A stretch of 64,000 nucleotides of DNA from the IMG/VR virus record IMGVR_UViG_3300020213_000031; one strand, given 5' to 3'. The first letter of the stretch is position 1. Each line of letters starts with the position of its first letter. Below the pieces are notes generated by a model. It was not told the DNA's origin, ran no database searches, and saw only the letters and a list, made by a program, of their open reading frames with translations. The position numbers and the translations under genes were made by a program. This stretch comes from a virus. Of this stretch, positions 59,100-64,000 are shown one piece after another.

Positions 59100-60284
59100 G
59101 GGAGCTGAAATTAAACAAATTTTGTTTATTTTGTAGGTGTTTCTGGCTTGGGTAAGGCTAGGGTAAGGCGAAAAAGGCCAGCCCTGGCTACCCTGGATTA
59201 TGGGTAAGGGCAGCATTCCACTTACCCCCTCCCTTGGGTAGGTTCAAAGCTAGCCCATAGGCCCATACCCTTGCCCTTGGGTACGTCCTTCGGGTTGACG
59301 CAGGGCGGCTTGCATAGTCCTACTAATTTGGTACTATAGCTTGTAACGGTGCGTTATAGCCCTAGCCAATAACCTACGGGTAGGTATGACATAGCGTGCT
59401 AAGCCTATAGGGCTATGCGGCAAGGTAGCTGCAAAGGGTAAATGACCAGGGAAGGAACTAGCTAAGCTAGTGTTTTTCCCTGGTTTTTTATTGTCTGCTT
59501 TCTGGCATATATAGGAAAGAAAACGGCGCACGAAAAAAATGGTGATTAGTGCTTTTTGTTCTTCCCTTTCCTTTTCCTCTGTGGAATAACTCTTTTACGC
59601 CGAACAAACACGGCAAGCGGCTAGGCGCTAACCTAGCAGGGAAGGAAAGCAAGTTTATGATGCACCTAACCGTATCGGGAAATTGTCGGGAAAGGCAGAA
59701 ACAGCGTAACGCGCTGCGTAAGCAAATTTCCTCTGATTTCCTTCTTACCGCGCAAAAAGCACGGGAAGAAAAGCGCACACGTCAAGGTACAAGGGTAATT
59801 CCTTGGCTATGCGTAGGCGCGAAGCCGATGCGTCGCATTATCCGAAACGAAACGGTTATAATGCTCCGCGCTGCTACCTAACCTTAGCGCATCACGTCTA
59901 ACGTGGTGTGACTAGGTTAACTCACGAAATTTTTCGTGGGGTGTTATTTCACAATTTGACCGCGCAAAAGTGCGCGGCGCGTCCTAGTTGGGCACGCGAA
60001 CCAAGGCCCGACGATTTACAAAAATGATTTCCTGCGTCACGCGGTAAACGTGACGTGGAAAATTTAGGGGGAGTGATGCGTCAAGGCATCGCTCCTCTAA
60101 CACAGCGCAAAAATTCGCGTCTAGTCTTAATTGGCTAGGCGCTTTTTTGCGTTGCGTTGGAGCAATCCTAAAACGAAAAATAAAGGCCATGGCAATTTAG
60201 TCTTGAGCGTTTCCCATGCATCGCATGGGCTTCGCTGAACAAACCTCCTCCCATTAACCCGGGGGCACTACAGAAGGAAGCCGA
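59100..60284. other. 1.2-kb non-coding region with AT-rich palindrome, GGGTAAGG iteron-like repeats and at least 7 stable hairpins
   Basis: No credible ORF; repeats and palindromes read directly (see findings). Confidence 0.5.
59445..59493 (+). terminator. terminator-like hairpin ACCAGGGAA-22nt-TTCCCTGGT + TTTTTTATT
   Basis: 9-bp stem followed by U-tract. Confidence 0.45.
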
Positions 60285-60734
60285 ATGTCAAAACTCGAAG
60301 ACCTAACGCCGCTTGAAGTCACCGTTTTAAAAGCCCTGTTTGCCTCGTCTAACGGCAACGGCAACGGCCACGACTTCGGCTTCACCGACGATGATGGCGT
60401 AAGGGCTAGCTGCAAACCTAGCCAGCTTGGGGCCATAATTGCCTCTCTTTCAACCAAGAATATTCTTACTGTATATCCACCTGAAAAGATCAACGGAGAA
60501 CATTGGGTAACACAGTTTTCGTTTAATGATTCTAGTGAGATTGAACGCATGTTAAGCGGGAGCGTTGCCAATGTTCTTGATGGACTAACTCCCGATATTC
60601 AAGCTGCGCAATGCTTTCGCAGAAAGCGCCATTGCTTCGACTGCGGCGAAGTGCTCGACACCTGGGACAAGGGGCCAGTTTGCATCACGTGCGTAGACGT
60701 TTGGCACAGTGAAAATGAAGATGAAAGCGAATAA
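60285..60734 (+). CDS. hypothetical protein with C-terminal zinc ribbon
   Basis: GGAAG RBS; CFDCGE...CITC. Confidence 0.4.
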   Translation: MSKLEDLTPLEVTVLKALFASSNGNGNGHDFGFTDDDGVRASCKPSQLGAIIASLSTKNILTVYPPEKINGEHWVTQFSFNDSSEIERMLSGSVANVLDGLTPDIQAAQCFRRKRHCFDCGEVLDTWDKGPVCITCVDVWHSENEDESE

Positions 60735-60774
60735 GGCTCTGGCAATTTTGTGCCTATAACTGAAAGGGAAAATA

Positions 60775-61110
60775 ATGGAAACGATTACGAAAGAAAATCT
60801 GCTCGTCGGCGATTTACTAGTAAATCACGGCGGCGCTACTATGCGATGGAATAATCTCCTACAAGTCACGCAAGTGACGGGTAATAAGGTTTATTTTACT
60901 ACGCCGCTTGCTAGCAGCAACGGAAATCAGGAGGGCGATAATTGGATTACCGGATTAGCGGTATCCAACGTCGTCACGCATAAGGCTAAATTCCACAACG
61001 GGCGTTTAGTTTATTGCGGGAAAATGTCCGACAACGGGTTCAAGGCCCATTATTGGTCTTTTCTTCACCGCACGACTATCGGAGAGAAACATTGCTACTA
61101 CGGAGATTAA
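60775..61110 (+). CDS. hypothetical protein
   Basis: ORF only. Confidence 0.35.
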   Translation: METITKENLLVGDLLVNHGGATMRWNNLLQVTQVTGNKVYFTTPLASSNGNQEGDNWITGLAVSNVVTHKAKFHNGRLVYCGKMSDNGFKAHYWSFLHRTTIGEKHCYYGD

Positions 61111-61111
61111 A

Positions 61112-61813
61112 ATGCAAACACTTCTCAGCATTGGGGCTAATCCAAAATTAGCGAAATCCGATGCGCTGGGAAAATATCTCACGGCAGGTCTAACACTGGC
61201 TCCACATAAATCAGTGTGGGGCCATAATTCTTGCACGTGGGCAACTCCCGGCTGCATTGGAATGTGTCTGCGCTTTGCTGGAAGGGGAGTAATGGCTCCC
61301 GTCCATGCGGCGCGTGTTCGGAAAAGTGAACTGTACTATTCCGATCCCAAAAAGTTCGAGCTTCACATTTCTAAGGAAATAGAAACTTTCGAACGTAGAG
61401 CCAAAAAGCGCGGCAAGCAATTGGCTGCAAGGCTGAATGTGTTGTCAGACCTGGAATGGGAAGCGGTAGTCCGCCGCCATTCAAGCGTAACTTTTTATGA
61501 CTACACAAAAAACGAAGACCGGCTCATGCGATATTCTCGCGGCGAATTGCCGCCGAACTATTACCTGATTCTTTCTCGTTCGGAAATGAATGAAGACTTT
61601 TGCCGCGTGGCACTCCGCAAGGCGTGGTCTAACGTGGCTATCGTCTTTCGCATCAAAAAGGGAAAAGCTCTTCCTGAGAAATGGTGGGGCTATCCGGTTA
61701 TTGATGGTGATAAGCATGACCTAAGATTTACTGATCCCAAGGGCGTAGTCGTCGGACTTCGCGCCAAGGGTAGAGCAATGAAAGACAAGTCAGGTTTCGT
61801 AGTAAACCCTTGA
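61112..61813 (+). CDS. phage GP88-like family protein (tentative)
   Basis: N-terminal GANPKLAKS...TAGLTLAP...CTWATPGCIGMC pattern recalled from phage Gp88-family proteins; uncertain. Confidence 0.35.
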   Translation: MQTLLSIGANPKLAKSDALGKYLTAGLTLAPHKSVWGHNSCTWATPGCIGMCLRFAGRGVMAPVHAARVRKSELYYSDPKKFELHISKEIETFERRAKKRGKQLAARLNVLSDLEWEAVVRRHSSVTFYDYTKNEDRLMRYSRGELPPNYYLILSRSEMNEDFCRVALRKAWSNVAIVFRIKKGKALPEKWWGYPVIDGDKHDLRFTDPKGVVVGLRAKGRAMKDKSGFVVNP

Positions 61814-61826
61814 AAGGAAAAACAAA

Positions 61827-62396
61827 ATGATGACATTGGAAGAAAAGGTTTCCATCATCAGTTCGATTCCAAAAGTGAAAGGCATTTTTGGTTTCGCGGC
61901 TGAGACGGAAAAAACAACGGTAAACGGCGGAGTTTTACAAAAGAGTCGAAAGACAAAAGTTCCGACTCCAGTTCGCTTTCATAAAATTACGACCATTTTT
62001 ACGGGCGTAGTTTTCATGGGTGACAGCTATCAGGAAATGGTAAACAAGGTTCGCGACAAGGAAGGGCTTGAGCCTGACTTTGAAGCGCGGCCCACGTATT
62101 GCTCTCCGGTAACGGAAAACAATCTTGTGTACCAACACAAGAAATCTGGCCAGCTTTATCTCAGGGTATATACCGGATACGGTGCGACCATGACGAGCGA
62201 ACGGAAATATTTCGACGCTTATGGGAAAGAGATCGACGCGGAGGAATATCTTGCGCTCAAAGAAGAGTACCTCAAAAAGGATTCAGACTCTTCGCGCCAA
62301 GGGGTTGAGAACGAAATCAGAGTTCTCAACTACAAAGTGGAGAACGTGACCAAGCTCAAGCGCCATGAAACTTGGATCGGTGGGGAGATGGTATGA
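61827..62396 (+). CDS. hypothetical protein
   Basis: ORF only. Confidence 0.35.
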   Translation: MMTLEEKVSIISSIPKVKGIFGFAAETEKTTVNGGVLQKSRKTKVPTPVRFHKITTIFTGVVFMGDSYQEMVNKVRDKEGLEPDFEARPTYCSPVTENNLVYQHKKSGQLYLRVYTGYGATMTSERKYFDAYGKEIDAEEYLALKEEYLKKDSDSSRQGVENEIRVLNYKVENVTKLKRHETWIGGEMV

Positions 62397-63111
62397 TTAC
62401 TCCATGGGGAAAGTCTCAAGGTAAAGAAATCGTCGCTACCGGAATCACCTTCTACTCGACTGCTGGTCATGGTGGTTACTAGGTGAGCAAGGCGATGCGA
62501 TCTATCATGCCTGCGCGATACGTCAACCATGACGGATGGTACGAGGAAGACTGCGAGTGGGCAAAAGTTGCGCTCTCATTCCCGTACATGTTCACGCCTT
62601 CGATTGTTGAGGCGGCTGCGACTACGTTCCGTCACTGGTGCAACGACGACGGAACTTATCGGAATCATGAAGTGCAAACCTTACCAGCGAGCGAGCTATG
62701 ACCGCGATCGAAATATTGAGAAGGATGGCGGCGATCAGCCCCGGACTAATCGACGGTCAAGAAGATAGTCTTAGTGGTGCCGACGTGGTTGACGGCCTCG
62801 CTTTGCTGCTAGGTAAGGCCGACAAAAAATTAAGAACCAAACTTGAGGAGATTGCTTCTCAAGCAAGAAAGGACGAAGAGAATGAGAACTATGATTGACA
62901 AAGATGGAAACAAGTTCCAAGTTATTGAGCACATCATGCTCAGGAACTTTTGGGAATACTTCGTGCTAAAAGCTCGGAGCAACACCAAACGAATCAAACT
63001 CTGCTTGGTCTTGGGAGTTGAGGATGAAATGGGAGATGTTGATATGGAGGAGATCTCTCCATATATCTTCAGCCGAACTTCGGACTTTAGTGGAGTATTG
63101 CCTGCATCTGG

Positions 63112-63534
63112 ATGGAGCTGGGAATGAATCAAATTTATACAGCAAAATTTGTGCAGGACTTGTCCAAGCTTTCGCCGTCACATCATAAGATCGTGATGGC
63201 GTTCGAGCGTTTCCAACACTCCGGGTTCAATAGAGCGAGGTTCACGAAAGAACTTTATCGCGCTCTAAGTCTATACTGCGGATTCATCGCGCACTATGAC
63301 CTGGACGGGTTTTACAATAGCCGCTTCCGTGGTGCTGAGAATGTGCAGAACACTTATGTCAGGCTCCTGCTCCGGTCGTATGCGCATGAAGAGACTCGGC
63401 TTCTTGTTCACGAGTTGCAGCAATCTGCGGCGCTCAATAAAAATCTCTGGGAAAAGCGTAGCCGCGACGAAGCTGAAGAAGAAATCGGGAAGCTTCGTGC
63501 TCGTGTTAAAAAAGTAGAAGGGATATTCGGATGA
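63112..63534 (+). CDS. hypothetical protein
   Basis: ORF only. Confidence 0.35.
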   Translation: MELGMNQIYTAKFVQDLSKLSPSHHKIVMAFERFQHSGFNRARFTKELYRALSLYCGFIAHYDLDGFYNSRFRGAENVQNTYVRLLLRSYAHEETRLLVHELQQSAALNKNLWEKRSRDEAEEEIGKLRARVKKVEGIFG

Positions 63535-64000
63535 TTGTCTACACACTGATTCATGAGTATAAAGAAGGATTTACTGCCTATGCTTACTCGACCCGCAAGA
63601 AACGGGCTGAAGCCAGGGCGCTCTTATTAAAAAAATTCGCCGGAGACTTCGACACTGACAAAGACTTTCTAATTGAGGATACGGCAGAGCTTGATGTTCT
63701 ACCGTGTAAGAACAATGCCAAAGTTTGAAGTAGTTCATTTTTACGGAAAGAGCTTTCACCTAGAGATAGAAGCCAAGGACGATGATGAGGCCGCCGACTT
63801 GGTTAATGCAATGCCTTGGCAGGAGTTTCGAAACAAAGCCTGCGATTCTGATTTAGCTTTCATCGATGAACAAATAACCGAAATGGAGTAACCATGCCCG
63901 ACCTAACTGCCTTCCGCTGCGACCGATGCGGCCAACCGAACGCGACGCTCGACCCACTTCCAGCGCATCAATGCTGGAACACTACCGAACTTGAAAGAGA

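Noticed and set aside
1-64000. Genome-wide UGA recoding (alternative genetic code) implied by the UCA tRNA
   Set aside because: TGA terminates many well-formed genes here, including numerous ATGA start/stop overlaps, and long structural genes contain no in-frame TGA. Only local readthrough remains possible.
1-64000. CRISPR array
   Set aside because: No regularly spaced short direct repeats were found. The only tandem repeat (194-362) has a 78-bp period with no spacers.

Overview
The whole 64 kb window reads as part of a large, previously uncharacterised phage or phage-like mobile genome (GC about 50%). No bacterial housekeeping genes are present.

Layout:
- The left end (1-4.7 kb) has a 78-bp tandem repeat, then a basic protein and a family-B DNA polymerase whose motifs match the protein-primed phi29/PRD1 type.
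- 5-25 kb is an early/accessory region of many small ORFs. It includes three separate peptidoglycan hydrolases (SLT transglycosylase, M15 peptidase, GH25 lysozyme), an XRE regulator, two HExxH metallopeptidases, an SPFH/band-7 lipoprotein, a PPP-family Ser/Thr phosphatase, a CX5R Tyr/dual-specificity phosphatase and an HNH-like endonuclease.
- At 25969-26045 a canonical tRNA with an encoded CCA and anticodon UCA (reads UGA) sits directly upstream of a 22 kb plus-strand virion module (26.2-47.9 kb).
- That module has an acidic coiled-coil protein, a transglutaminase-like Cys-protease candidate, about ten consecutive membrane-anchored proteins including two LysM proteins, a lysine-rich basic protein, four small paralogous beta-rich proteins, and large beta-helix spike/fiber proteins.
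- No HK97-fold capsid protein, portal or terminase was recognised in the window.
- A minus-strand cluster (47.9-51.8 kb) includes a MazG-like NTP pyrophosphatase.
- An IS605-family element carrying only an intact tnpB lies at about 51.8-53.0 kb.
- A tmRNA (ssrA) is encoded on the minus strand at 53925-54370, with a histone-fold protein gene starting 18 nt downstream of it.
- A 1.25 kb non-coding region (59.03-60.28 kb) is rich in iteron-like repeats and hairpins and precedes a further plus-strand block of small genes.

All protein functions are inferred from motifs read directly in the translations; no database search was possible.
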